Shown: piece by piece, positions 1-9,637 of the stretch
Layout of the letters: each line of letters begins with the position of its first letter
Numbering within the stretch: the stretch's first letter is position 1
Assembly (NCBI GenBank): GCA_963767225.1
Contig: CAVYDD010000007.1
Span: forward strand, 53,887 to 117,886
Length of the DNA stretch: 64,000 nt
Source: an uncultured Acidobacteriota bacterium
Lineage (GTDB): Bacteria; Acidobacteriota; Terriglobia; Acidiferrales; UBA7541
Direction of reading: 5' to 3'
Made by a program: the position numbers and the translations under genes
The notes under the pieces: model-generated
Told to the model about the DNA's origin: nothing
Seen by the model: the letters and a program-made list of their open reading frames with translations, nothing else
Database searches by the model: none

Positions 1-201
1 AATGGCCATGGCGCCGCGGCGCGTCCAGCGTTCCAGGAAGCTTTGCGAATTCCAGGCAAAGAAGCCGACGGGGCGGACTGCGGTGAGATTGAGCAAGCTG
101 CCTTCGACGCGCCAGAAGACAGGCTCGCGCGCGGGTGCGGAGGCGTGCTGCGCAGGCCCGGTTATATTCGAGATTTGATGGTTTGAATTAGACAGCGACA
201 T
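1..201 (-). CDS. hypothetical protein, N-terminal part (5' partial at window edge)
   Basis: Minus-strand ATG at 199-201 opens a reading frame that runs off the window edge (MSLSNSNHQISNITGPAQHASAPAREPVFWRVEGSLLNLTAVRPVGFFAWNS...). Codon bias is consistent with coding. No family recognised. Confidence 0.3.
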   Translation of the reverse strand, partial: MSLSNSNHQISNITGPAQHASAPAREPVFWRVEGSLLNLTAVRPVGFFAWNSQSFLERWTRRGAMAI

Positions 202-312
202 CGTTGAGTGAGTTCGTGCTGGTGATTCGGAAGTAGTGAAATTATCACGGTATTTGGCGGCAAGCAAGCAGGCTGCACGAAAGATGATGGCCAGTTTCCG
301 AATAGCCGACCA

Positions 313-558
313 TCAGCCTAGAATCGAGGGATTCGCGTGCCTCTTCCCCTTGACCACAACGCCAGCGAAGTCGCGGCCGGGGGTTCGCGGCAGAGTTGTC
401 TTCTTGAAGCGTCCGGCGGCATTCCCGATGTCACTGGGATTGATCCCTGCGGCCTGCACAGGAACGAGGACTCGTCCCTGGCCCGGATCTGGAATCCCGA
501 CTTCTTCGATTCGCAACACCGACGGCGGTCCAAACTCGCTCAAACGCAACGCTCGCAT
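313..558 (-). pseudogene. N-terminal fragment (~82 codons) of an MDR-family zinc-binding/quinone oxidoreductase
   Basis: MRALRLSEFGPPSVLRIEEVGIPDPGQGRVLVPVQAAGINPSDIGNAAGRFKK... matches the N-terminus of ~325-aa MDR oxidoreductases. The frame stops at 313 and every frame hits a stop within ~30 codons beyond that. Confidence 0.45.
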
Positions 559-652
559 TACGCTGCCGCCCATCATGGCTCTCCAATTGTCTCTCTCTTT
601 GTCGTTACGGTTGTGGTTGATGCTTCTCAGCGGGCCCGGGTTCCAGTTATAT

Positions 653-1612
653 CTAGTCGACGATGTTGACGGGGCGGCCATCGAGAAACGCACGGAGATT
701 GCCGACGACAGTTTCAAGCAAACGAGTGCGCGCTTCTTTTGTAGCCCAGGCGATGTGGGGCGTGACAATACAGTTTCTTGCGTGCAGCAGAGGATTATCG
801 AGCGATGGCGGCTCGCTGGAAAGAACATCCACGGCTGCGCCCGCCAGGCGTTCACGGTTGAGTGCGTCTGCGAGATCCCGCTCTATGATGAGTGGTCCTC
901 GCGAGGTGTTGATCAGAAATGAGGCCGCCTTCATCTTGGACAAAGATGCGGCGTTGATCATTCCGCGCGTTTCCGGCAGCAGCGGACAGTGCAAGCTGAC
1001 TACATCGGCTGCCGACATCAGCTCATCGACCCCGCACCAGCGGAAGCCCGGCCAGTTCGGAGAGTCTTTCCTGCCCGCGTCGGCAGCGATCACGCGCATC
1101 CCGAATGCTGTGGCGATTTCGGCTACGCGACGCCCGATGCGGCCGAAACCAACGATACCCATAGTCTTATCCTGTAACTCGACTAAGGGGGTCTTCCGGA
1201 AACTGAAATCCTGAGACCGCGACCAGTCGCCTGCATGGGTCGCCTCGCTATGAAGCGCGACGTGATGACAGAGCTCGAGCAGCAGCGCAAAAACCAGCTG
1301 GGCTACCGAGGTGGTTCCGTAGGTTGGAACGTTGGTGACAACAATATTACGCTCGCGCGCCGCTTTGAGATCGATCTCGTCATAACCCGTGAACATCGCG
1401 CCAACGTAACGGAGCCGGTTCAGTTGCGCCAGGGTTTGCGCCGAAAGAGGCGCTCTGGTGGTCAGCACGGCCTCGGCTTCGCGGGCACGGAGCGCGATGC
1501 CATCCTCGGGCGTCCGGTCGAACACTTCCAAGTCGCCCATGCTTCGTAGGTCATCCCAGCGGAGGTCTCCAGGATTTATTGCGTGGCCGTCGAGAATGAC
1601 GATCTTCATCAA
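653..1612 (-). CDS. D-isomer-specific 2-hydroxyacid dehydrogenase (glycerate dehydrogenase/hydroxypyruvate reductase-like)
   Basis: 319 aa with a GIVGFGRIGRRVAEIA NAD-binding motif, catalytic-domain motifs (INTSRGPLI ... VDVLSSEP ... IVTPHIAWAT) and length typical of the family. Confidence 0.85.
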   Translation of the reverse strand: MMKIVILDGHAINPGDLRWDDLRSMGDLEVFDRTPEDGIALRAREAEAVLTTRAPLSAQTLAQLNRLRYVGAMFTGYDEIDLKAARERNIVVTNVPTYGTTSVAQLVFALLLELCHHVALHSEATHAGDWSRSQDFSFRKTPLVELQDKTMGIVGFGRIGRRVAEIATAFGMRVIAADAGRKDSPNWPGFRWCGVDELMSAADVVSLHCPLLPETRGMINAASLSKMKAASFLINTSRGPLIIERDLADALNRERLAGAAVDVLSSEPPSLDNPLLHARNCIVTPHIAWATKEARTRLLETVVGNLRAFLDGRPVNIVD

Positions 1613-1837
1613 AGCCTCCTCGCGAGAGCGCGATTGTGCAGAATGGGGCGCCTTCGTCGCGAGCTTAGTGCAAGCGAGAGCCTAACTCTGTCAAAAAGTT
1701 CCCTGCAACATCATTTGTCGCAACCATTGACCCGTTGCAGACCTTGTCTCGAGTTCGGTGGCCGGAGCGCGCCTCGATTATTCTTGCCGGGAACTGAGGT
1801 GATCATAGATAAGGAACAATGTGCTGGCGCTTCGGCT

Positions 1838-2893
1838 TCAGTGAAATTTCTTTTCCAGGGCGGGCAATGCCTCGATGAAAACGTGGCCGACGATTGCGAG
1901 GCTGCGCGGGTCAACTTTGTCCAGCGTGTCCTGGGGCGTGTGCCAATACGTGGACTCGACTTCGTCGTCGATGAGGTCGCACGCAGGAACACCGCGGCGG
2001 ATGAAGGAGAGATGGTCGTCACCGGACACGATTGTGCTTTCGTTCACAAAGACATTCTCATAACCGAGTTGACTCGCGGTGGCCCAGAGGAGATCTGTGA
2101 GCCACGGTGTGGAGTTTTTGTCTCGTTTAATCTTCAGATCGGAGGGCCCAATCATGTCCGCGAGGATCATCGCTTTGACTCGCTTGAGATCCCCGGAGAG
2201 CGCCATGCTCGCTGCCATTTCGCGACTGCCAAACGTACTATTCGTGTCACTCCACTGAATGCTATTCCTGTCGGTCCACTCACCCTGCGCTTCTTCGCCG
2301 TCGAAAAACACGATCCAGGTGTTGAGAGAGCTCATCGTCTTGCGCGCACAGAAAATTCGGGCTAGCTCCAGCATCGTGCCGGTGCCGGAGCCGCCATCGT
2401 CAGCGCCTACGAAGTTCGGTAAGCGCACAGTGTCGTAATGCGTGGTGTAGAGGAGGATGCCGCTGCCTGTGCCGGGAATCTTAGCGATGATATTTTTCAA
2501 AGCGATATCGCCGAGCGGCGTTGAGCCGCGGAAATCATGCTCGTCTACCGCGCATGCGAAACTTTTGAGCTGGCTGATGATGTATGCCTGCGCGCGATGA
2601 ATTCCGTCGGAACCTGGCGCGCGCGGTCCGATTTCGACTAATTTGCGAACGTGTTCGAAGGCTTGGGCGCCGTCGAAGCCGCCGGTGGCAGACGGAGGAA
2701 GGGCCGCGGATTGACGAGTCGCCGGAGCTGCTGAGGCGCTCACAGCCGGTTGGCTTATTTTGGACGGCTGGCTACTGCAACCGACCGCACACAAAAACGC
2801 CGAGCTCGCAAAAATGATCGCAGTCTTGCGCACCTTGAACCTCCGCTCGGGCTGTGCCGACCGCAGCAAGTCAATCAAAAATTTGAACCACAT
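1838..2893 (-). CDS. M28 family zinc peptidase (aminopeptidase-like), lipoprotein
   Basis: Signal/lipobox ...SSAFLCAVGCSSQ, then HYDTV ... DDGGSGTGTMLELARIF ... FFDGEEAQG ... metal-ligand pattern of the M28 family. An alternative GTG start just downstream of 2893 is possible. Confidence 0.8.
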   Translation of the reverse strand: MWFKFLIDLLRSAQPERRFKVRKTAIIFASSAFLCAVGCSSQPSKISQPAVSASAAPATRQSAALPPSATGGFDGAQAFEHVRKLVEIGPRAPGSDGIHRAQAYIISQLKSFACAVDEHDFRGSTPLGDIALKNIIAKIPGTGSGILLYTTHYDTVRLPNFVGADDGGSGTGTMLELARIFCARKTMSSLNTWIVFFDGEEAQGEWTDRNSIQWSDTNSTFGSREMAASMALSGDLKRVKAMILADMIGPSDLKIKRDKNSTPWLTDLLWATASQLGYENVFVNESTIVSGDDHLSFIRRGVPACDLIDDEVESTYWHTPQDTLDKVDPRSLAIVGHVFIEALPALEKKFH

Positions 2894-3056
2894 TCGCTAA
2901 AAGACCCGGAATTATTGAGTCTAAACCTGCCCGCTTCGTCCCGAAAGGCGCGGGACGAAACGGCCGCTGCAACTTCAAAAGCAAAGTCAACTGCGCCCAA
3001 CGGAAGCAGGCCGCTAGATAAACCCCTCGCACCCTACGATTGCGCCGGTGCTCTGA

Positions 3057-6000
3057 TTAATTCTCCGGCTTCGGGTAGTCGAAGCGGAAGGATTCGCCGG
3101 CTGGGCCTGCTACGCCTCGGGTGTTGTACTGCAGCATGTAGTCCATGTGCTGCGGGTCTTCCGGGTACGCTACGCCATCGGGATAGGGGTAGGGCACCGT
3201 GGTGTGGAACGGCAATGGGGTTACAGTGTCGCCGTGGGCGGCGTAGAAATCCATGTCTTTGGCGAAGCCGTTGGCGTAGAAGAAATAATCTCGGGTCCAG
3301 CCGTTGGGAATGTCGGGGAGATGGGTCGAGTCGAAATCTACCGAGACTTCATCGCCGGAGCCGAAGATTACGTATTCGTCGTCGGTTTTCTGCATGAGGT
3401 CGGTTATGTCGCCGTAGCGGGTGTAATTTCCGATTTGGCGGGCGTAGGGGCCTGTGGCGCTTACGTCTTCGTAAACGTAGGAGAGATCGTTTTTCGGATT
3501 GCCTTCGACCACGCGGGGGTAGCCGCGGAACTGCAGCTTGGCTTCAGCTAGCGGGACTTCGGTGAGTTTGAATTCGGTGTCTTCGGGGGAATTATCCACG
3601 CGGATGCGATCCCAATAGACGCGAAGATTGGTGGAGATACGGATGAAGCGGGCGCCGGGGGGAATTTTCCCGGTGAGGTCGGCGACCATGGTGCGGGCGA
3701 GGCCTGCGGGGAAGCCCATGTCGTCAATCACCTTGATCCATTGGCCGGAGCCGTCTTGCACTTCGACGAAGGGCGGGACGGGAGTGATGCCGGCTTGCCA
3801 GGCGGCGTACATGGAGCTGGCGCTGAAATAATCGGTGAAGCCGTCCATGAGCAAGCGCAGGGGGCGCGAGGAATCCCAATCGCCCAGGTCGAGTTCGATC
3901 CAGTGCATTTCGGCGATGCCTGCGTAGGGTGCGAGCGGGAAATTCGTGACGTATTTGTGATCTTGCTCGCGGAGGAGGGGGAGGAGATCGCGGCTGTGAT
4001 CGTCCCAAGCGCCGGCAGGGAGATGCGCGTCGCGGCTGGCGATTACTTTGAAGCGCGGGAAGGGGAGTTCGCTGGCGAAATGTTCGTTGGGGTAGACCTC
4101 GACGTCGATCGGGTGATCCACCGCGAGCAGGCGGGCTTGGTCGAGATAGTCGAGCTCCTCCATTGGTTCGAGCATCTTGAAACGCAGGCGGCCTTCTTGC
4201 GGTTGCGCTAGCGAGCCGGTGACTTTGAAATATTCGGCGGGGTTGGGAATGTTGCGTTGGTTGGGGCCGGTCCAGTGGCCGATGATGCCGGGGCCGATCA
4301 TGTCGGCGAGAAATTCGAATTTCTGGCCGTTCCAGACGAAGACGATGGGGCAGGAGCTGCCGCGGCGGTCAATTTCGGTTATCAGTTCTTCTTTGTGGGC
4401 TGGAATTTCCAGTTCGTCCTGCAGGACGCCGGTGGGCCAGAGGAGACGGATGACGTCGGCTTGGCGTTCGGCGCCCAGGCCGGCGACGATTGGGGCCGGG
4501 CCTTGTCCTAGATAGCCGGAGGCGCCGGGGACTTCCCACTTTTGTTGCAATGCGCCTGCGTACATTTCCACTTTCGTGCCGATACCGGATTTATTGTCGT
4601 TCTCGCCTTTGAAGGCGATTTTGAGCCAATTGTAACGATTGCCGCCGTCGTTCTTTAGTAGCACGGGTGGAAGATTATTTTGGGTAATTAGGAGATCGGT
4701 CGCGCCGTCGCCATCGAAATCGAAGGCGATGATGCCGCGGGGATTTTTCAGTGCGATTTTGTCGAGGCCGGTGGAGGCGGTTACGTCGCGAAAACCGGCG
4801 GCGCCTTCGTTGCGGAGCAGGACGATGTGTCCTGCGCCTGCGAAATCTTCGCCCACTGCTACCAGGTCCATCCAGCCGTCGTCATCGTAATCAATCGGTG
4901 CGAGGCCCCAGCCTCGCATCCAGTCGAGGTCTGGGAGATTCACCCGTTCAAAAGATTTTCCACTGTTGTTGCGCCAAAGGCTTAGGCCTGGGGCGCCCCA
5001 GTGCGTGAAGGCCAAGTCCATCCAGCCGTCCTTGTTGCAATCGAGCGCGACTACTCCGGCGGTGGGAGCGGGCATGTCGCTGCTCCAGGGCGTGGTGGCT
5101 TGGAATGCGCCCTCGCGGGGATTGAGATATGCGACTGGGGATTTTTGCCAGCCGGTTACGACGAAGTCTATGGCGCGATCGTTGTTGACGTCGCTGGCGA
5201 TGGCGCCTATCGAGGGCGCTGTGCCTGCCAGGGCCGTTTCCGTCGTCCAATTTGTGAAAGTGCCGTTGCCGTTGTTGCGCCACAGGACGTTGCCCGGGGG
5301 CGTGGTGTCTGCTGCGAATTCAAATGGGCCAGCCGGATTGGCTAGCGGGAAATCATTGAAGCGGGTGATGTAGAGATCGAGATCGCCATCGTGGTCGAAA
5401 TCAATGAAGGTCAGGCCGAGGGCCAGTGCGCCGGCCTGGGCTTCGGTGTCTATTCCAGCGTCTTGGGTGACGTCTTTGAATGTGCCATTGCCTTCGTTGT
5501 GGAAGAGGATGACTCTGCCGTTCATGGTTACGGCTAGATCGGGCTTGCCGTCGTTATCGTAATCACCTACGGCGCAGCCCATGCCTTGGCCGTGGATTTC
5601 GAGACGGGCTTCGCGCGTTACGTTTACGAACCTTCCTGCGCCGATATTTTTGTACAACGCGGAATTGCCTCGGCCGTCTGCGTCCACCAGGAAAATGTCG
5701 GGCTTGCCGTCGCCTTTGTAATCAATGATGCAGGCGCCGCTGCCGAGGAATTGCGCGAGAGCACTAGCGGGGGGTTGCGCCGCGGCTTTCGCAGTGCGCG
5801 TTTTTCGCATGGAGAGGGTTGCGCTACCGTCTACGGATGGCGTGGTGTCCGCTCTGCCGTGCAGTTGCGTAGATGCGCTGCGCGCTGTGACGGAGGTCGG
5901 CAAGTTGGCGGCTTGCGTGACGTTGATGAAATGGACCGGCATCGCTTGCGGCACTGGCTCGGGCGCTGGTTGCATGATTTCGGCGAGGGAATACTTTCCT

Positions 6001-6749
6001 TGTTCGCCGTAAATGAAGCTGACCGGCTTGCCGAGTTTTTGCGAGGTCAGGTGCTGGAAGCGATCGAAGTGTATTTTGGCTTCGGCGGTTTTGCCGCTGC
6101 GTTGCAGGGCTTGAGCCATGCCGAATTCGGCGGAAACCTGGAATGGATTTAGTTCGAGCGCGCGCTGAAAGGCGGCGATCGCTTTATCGTACAGCTGCTG
6201 CTGGGAATAAATCAGGCCGAGGAAATATTGGGTGTCGGCGTCGTAGGGATCGAGCGCGGCGACTTTCTGGAAATCGGCAATGGCGGCGTCGGCGTCGCCC
6301 CCGGCTTTTTCCATGAGGCCTAGATTGAACCAGGCCCAGGGATTGCGCGGGTCGCGCTGGGCGGATTTTTGCAGGATTTCGCGGGCTTCGTCGAAGCGCT
6401 GCATGTTGAGGAAAGCGATGCCGGCATTGAGGCAGCCGATGTCGGTTTGGGGGTCGAGGATGCAGGCGCGTTGGAATTTGCCGAGGGCTTTTTCGAATTG
6501 CTGACGATTCATCAGGGAGACGCCGAAATTGTTTTCTCTTATTACGTCGGCGCGGGGGTTTGCGGGAGTTTCTTGCGCGGTGGAATCGTCGTCGGATTTC
6601 GCGGCGGCGGGGCGTGGGTGGGCGTGTTTCTGCGGCTGCACTGGTTGCTGCGGTTGCGTGGGTTGTTGCGGCTGTTGCTCTGGGCTGGCTGCGATTAGAG
6701 TGCAGGTGAAGATTGCCAGGAAAATTGTTGCTCGGGTGAAGCGGGTCAT
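3057..6749 (-). CDS. 1230-aa secreted multidomain protein: Q/P-rich linker, TPR repeats, FG-GAP/VCBS beta-propeller repeats, UnbV/ASPIC domain, ~430-aa uncharacterised C-terminal domain (CRTAC1-family fusion)
   Basis: ATG at 6749 preceded by RBS AAGGGAGAG. Signal peptide MTRFTRATIFLAIFTCTLIAAS, then a QQPQQPTQPQQP low-complexity run, TPR-like repeats, repeated DxDGDGxxD FG-GAP motifs, and the UnbV_ASPIC signature (IAFKGENDNKSGIGTKVEMYAG...VIRLLWPTG). Confidence 0.8.
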   Translation of the reverse strand: MTRFTRATIFLAIFTCTLIAASPEQQPQQPTQPQQPVQPQKHAHPRPAAAKSDDDSTAQETPANPRADVIRENNFGVSLMNRQQFEKALGKFQRACILDPQTDIGCLNAGIAFLNMQRFDEAREILQKSAQRDPRNPWAWFNLGLMEKAGGDADAAIADFQKVAALDPYDADTQYFLGLIYSQQQLYDKAIAAFQRALELNPFQVSAEFGMAQALQRSGKTAEAKIHFDRFQHLTSQKLGKPVSFIYGEQGKYSLAEIMQPAPEPVPQAMPVHFINVTQAANLPTSVTARSASTQLHGRADTTPSVDGSATLSMRKTRTAKAAAQPPASALAQFLGSGACIIDYKGDGKPDIFLVDADGRGNSALYKNIGAGRFVNVTREARLEIHGQGMGCAVGDYDNDGKPDLAVTMNGRVILFHNEGNGTFKDVTQDAGIDTEAQAGALALGLTFIDFDHDGDLDLYITRFNDFPLANPAGPFEFAADTTPPGNVLWRNNGNGTFTNWTTETALAGTAPSIGAIASDVNNDRAIDFVVTGWQKSPVAYLNPREGAFQATTPWSSDMPAPTAGVVALDCNKDGWMDLAFTHWGAPGLSLWRNNSGKSFERVNLPDLDWMRGWGLAPIDYDDDGWMDLVAVGEDFAGAGHIVLLRNEGAAGFRDVTASTGLDKIALKNPRGIIAFDFDGDGATDLLITQNNLPPVLLKNDGGNRYNWLKIAFKGENDNKSGIGTKVEMYAGALQQKWEVPGASGYLGQGPAPIVAGLGAERQADVIRLLWPTGVLQDELEIPAHKEELITEIDRRGSSCPIVFVWNGQKFEFLADMIGPGIIGHWTGPNQRNIPNPAEYFKVTGSLAQPQEGRLRFKMLEPMEELDYLDQARLLAVDHPIDVEVYPNEHFASELPFPRFKVIASRDAHLPAGAWDDHSRDLLPLLREQDHKYVTNFPLAPYAGIAEMHWIELDLGDWDSSRPLRLLMDGFTDYFSASSMYAAWQAGITPVPPFVEVQDGSGQWIKVIDDMGFPAGLARTMVADLTGKIPPGARFIRISTNLRVYWDRIRVDNSPEDTEFKLTEVPLAEAKLQFRGYPRVVEGNPKNDLSYVYEDVSATGPYARQIGNYTRYGDITDLMQKTDDEYVIFGSGDEVSVDFDSTHLPDIPNGWTRDYFFYANGFAKDMDFYAAHGDTVTPLPFHTTVPYPYPDGVAYPEDPQHMDYMLQYNTRGVAGPAGESFRFDYPKPEN

Positions 6750-7120
6750 TACTCTCCCTTTCTGAATGCGTGGGACATTCTACCGCGTCAGGGGCGGTTT
6801 GGCTCTGACGGTGGATTATTTTCGTTTGATGGGGCGTGCGAGGGGGTTGCGGCATTCGGTGGCATTACAATTGGCAAGACAGAGGGCGCGGCAAGCCTCG
6901 CCGAGCGCGACTTACGATGCGGCTGAAGTTGTGGCGAAAGCAGCGGCAAGCCGCCGCATGCCAAAATGGGCTCGGCGGGTACGGTTGAAGATGTTCCACT
7001 GTTTCACTGCCGCGAAGATTGCGTTGCGCCAATCAGAAGATTGGCGTTCCCCGGGAGGGCGTGGCTGTTGCTGCGTGCTAGACTGGCGGGCGCGTTTGGC
7101 TGCTTTTTGTTGAGTTCACT

Positions 7121-8554
7121 ATGAATGAGTTGAATTTTCTTTCGGCGGTGCAGATGGCTGAGCAGGTTCGGGCGCGGACCGTTTCGCCTGTGGAATTGGT
7201 GGATGCGCATTTGGGGCGGATTGCGGAATTGAATGCGCAGCGCGATCCGCAGTTGAATGCGTTTGTGCATGTGGATGTGGATGGGGCGCGCGCATTGGCG
7301 AAAATTGCTGAAGCGGCCGTGGGTTCGCGCGTTCGTGCGGATTCTCTGGGCGCGTTGCATGGCGTGCCGATTTCTGTCAAAAGCTCGATCGAGGTGGCGG
7401 GGTGGGCTTGCGAGTGCGGGAGCCGTTTGCGGAAAGGCTATGTTCCTTCCGAGGACGCGACTTTGGTTGCGCGTTTGCGCGCGGCGGGGGCGATTCTGCT
7501 GGGAAATACGAATGTGCCGGAATTCTTGATGGCTTATGAGACGGACAATGCGCTGTACGGCCGGACGAATAGCCCGTGGGATTTGGAGCGGACGCCTGGC
7601 GGATCGAGCGGCGGGGAAGCGGCGGCGATTGCGGCAGGATGCTCGGCGGGAGGGGTGGGGAGTGACGGCGGAGGGTCGATACGCGTGCCGGCGCATTTTT
7701 CGGGGATTTGCGGCCTGAAGCCTACGCCGGGGCGGGTTCCTTCAACGGGACATTATCCTGTATCGGCGGGGCCGTTTGCGCAATTGGGCGTGGTGGGGCC
7801 GATGGCGCGGACCGTTGCGGATGTGGCGCGCTTATTTGCGGTGATGGCTGGGTGGGACCTTGGGGATCCGGCGTCGGCGCCGGTGCCTTTGCGTGTGTGG
7901 GGCGACGAGGAAATTCTGAAGCTGCGTGTGGCTTATTTCGAGGATGACGGCGTGACGCCGGTGACTTCGGAAACCGCGGCGGCGGTGCGCGGGGCGGCAG
8001 AGGCTTTGCGTGCGCAGGGATTTCAGGTGGAGGCTTGGCGGCCGCAGAATCTGGAGCGCGTGTGGTCGCTTTGGTGGAATTTATTCGGGCGCGCAGTGCA
8101 AATGGCGTTTGCATCTACGGTGGAAGGGCGCGAGGCGGAATTGAGTTCGATGCATCGGGCTTGGCGGGAGCGCGTGGCGCTGGAGCCGGCGATGGACGGG
8201 CGTGAGTGGCTGAACACCATGCTGGGGCGTGATGCTTTGCGGGAGAGATTGCTGCGGCAGATGGGGACTTTTCCGATTTTGCTTTGCCCGGCCTGCGCTG
8301 TTCCGGCGTTTCGTCATGGCGAGCGGGAATGGATTGTGCAGGGCAGGAAGGTGGAATATTTGAAGGCGATGAGTTATTCGCAGTGGTTTAATTTGCTGGG
8401 GAATCCGGCGGCGGTGGTGCCGGTGGGGAGGTCGGCGGAGGGACTTCCCATTGGCGTGCAGATAGTTGGTAGGCCTTGGGAGGATGAGGCTGTGTTGGCG
8501 GTGGCGGCGAAGATTGAAGCGGCCAGTGGCGGGTTTAGGCGACCGCCTTTGTAG
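7121..8554 (+). CDS. amidase (amidase-signature family, GatA-like)
   Basis: 477 aa containing GGSSGGEAAAIAAGCSAGGVGSDGGGSIRVPAHFSGICGLKPTPGRV, the amidase signature with the Ser-cisSer-Lys triad context. Confidence 0.85.
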   Translation: MNELNFLSAVQMAEQVRARTVSPVELVDAHLGRIAELNAQRDPQLNAFVHVDVDGARALAKIAEAAVGSRVRADSLGALHGVPISVKSSIEVAGWACECGSRLRKGYVPSEDATLVARLRAAGAILLGNTNVPEFLMAYETDNALYGRTNSPWDLERTPGGSSGGEAAAIAAGCSAGGVGSDGGGSIRVPAHFSGICGLKPTPGRVPSTGHYPVSAGPFAQLGVVGPMARTVADVARLFAVMAGWDLGDPASAPVPLRVWGDEEILKLRVAYFEDDGVTPVTSETAAAVRGAAEALRAQGFQVEAWRPQNLERVWSLWWNLFGRAVQMAFASTVEGREAELSSMHRAWRERVALEPAMDGREWLNTMLGRDALRERLLRQMGTFPILLCPACAVPAFRHGEREWIVQGRKVEYLKAMSYSQWFNLLGNPAAVVPVGRSAEGLPIGVQIVGRPWEDEAVLAVAAKIEAASGGFRRPPL

Positions 8555-8602
8555 GGCTGATGATTTTGCTGCAGGCGGCGGAAAAACTGATCGGCGTTTT
8601 CG

Positions 8603-9583
8603 CTAGCCGGCCGTGTTGGCGCGGGCGATCAGCAGGATTGCCAGGAAATAGAAGACGAACATGAGCGCGAGGAAGGCCATGGCGCGTTTATTGGCGCCGG
8701 CGAATTCTCTCCAGACGAAGATGCCCCAGAGGGCAGCGACCATGGGAGCGGATTGGCCGATGGAGTAGGAGATGGCGACTCCTGTGTAATTGGCGGCGAC
8801 CAGATTGAAGACGGTGCCGGTGGTCCAAATCGCGCCGCCGAGCAGCCCGAGGACGTGGCCGTTCACGGGGCCGCGGAAGAAACCGCTGAATGCGACGGCC
8901 TGGCCGACGAGCGGTTTGCGCATGAAATACAAATTCCACCACAGGCAGGAAAGTAGGGCGCCGCCGGTGAGAAATACGGCGATGCTGTAGGGGCCGAGGG
9001 TATTTCCGTGGGTGAGGGCGCGAGTGGAGAAGGGCGCCCAGAGGCCCATCAGGACGCCGGAGATTACGCAGACGAGGATGCTTTTGCGCGAGGCTTCCCG
9101 GTTGGCGCCGAGTTCGCCGTAGGCTTTGCCATCGAGGATTACGGCGATGACGGCGCAGAGGACTCCGGCGCCGAGCATCATTACGTTGCCGCGTTGCTGC
9201 TGCACGAAGCTGAGGACGGTGCCCACTACCAGGGCGATGCCGATGGCTACGGGGAAGGCAATGGCGAGGCCGGCCATGTCAATGGCGGCGACGAGCAGAA
9301 GGTTCGCGAGGTTGAAAATTATTCCAGCGAGGAGGGCCCAGCCGATGTTGGCGAGGTCGGCGGAGCGGACATTATTAAGGAAGCTGGCGGGGCCGTCGGT
9401 GCTGGAGCCCATGGTGAGGGCGTAGACCAAGGCGGCGAGGAAAATCCCGATGGCGTAGTCCCAGTAGAAAAGTTCGAAGCGGTAATTTTTTACGCCTTTG
9501 TAGGTGTTGGCCCAGGAGCCCCAACAGGCGGCGGAGACGATCATCATTAACAGGGCCGTGCCGAAGGTTGTTGGTGTGAACAT
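8603..9583 (-). CDS. GRP-family sugar uptake permease (GlcU/RbsU-like, 10-TM)
   Basis: 326 aa, entirely hydrophobic with ~10 predicted TM segments and similarity to glucose/ribose uptake proteins. Sits immediately upstream of a PfkB kinase and a nucleoside hydrolase on the same strand. Confidence 0.55.
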   Translation of the reverse strand: MFTPTTFGTALLMMIVSAACWGSWANTYKGVKNYRFELFYWDYAIGIFLAALVYALTMGSSTDGPASFLNNVRSADLANIGWALLAGIIFNLANLLLVAAIDMAGLAIAFPVAIGIALVVGTVLSFVQQQRGNVMMLGAGVLCAVIAVILDGKAYGELGANREASRKSILVCVISGVLMGLWAPFSTRALTHGNTLGPYSIAVFLTGGALLSCLWWNLYFMRKPLVGQAVAFSGFFRGPVNGHVLGLLGGAIWTTGTVFNLVAANYTGVAISYSIGQSAPMVAALWGIFVWREFAGANKRAMAFLALMFVFYFLAILLIARANTAG

Positions 9584-9637
9584 TGAGGTCCTTTGAAATG
9601 CGAATGCTGGCGCGGCTTGCTTTCGTGCGTTTCGACT

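Noticed and set aside
236-922. 228-aa plus-strand ORF across the start of the window
   Set aside because: It is antisense to the MDR fragment and the 2-hydroxyacid dehydrogenase gene. Its product is Arg/Ala/Ser-rich with no motifs, typical of off-frame translation of high-GC DNA.
2935-2957. Hairpin CGTCCCG-aaaggcg-CGGGACG downstream of the 1230-aa gene, considered as a terminator
   Set aside because: Seven-bp stem but no adjacent T-run on the minus strand. Too weak to call.
3147-6152. Numerous 60-190-aa ORFs on the plus strand inside the 1230-aa gene (e.g. 3147-3551, 3741-4211, 5586-6152)
   Set aside because: All are antisense or shifted frames of a gene with clear domain content. Their compositions (Gly/Ala/Val/Arg runs) are mirror-frame artefacts.
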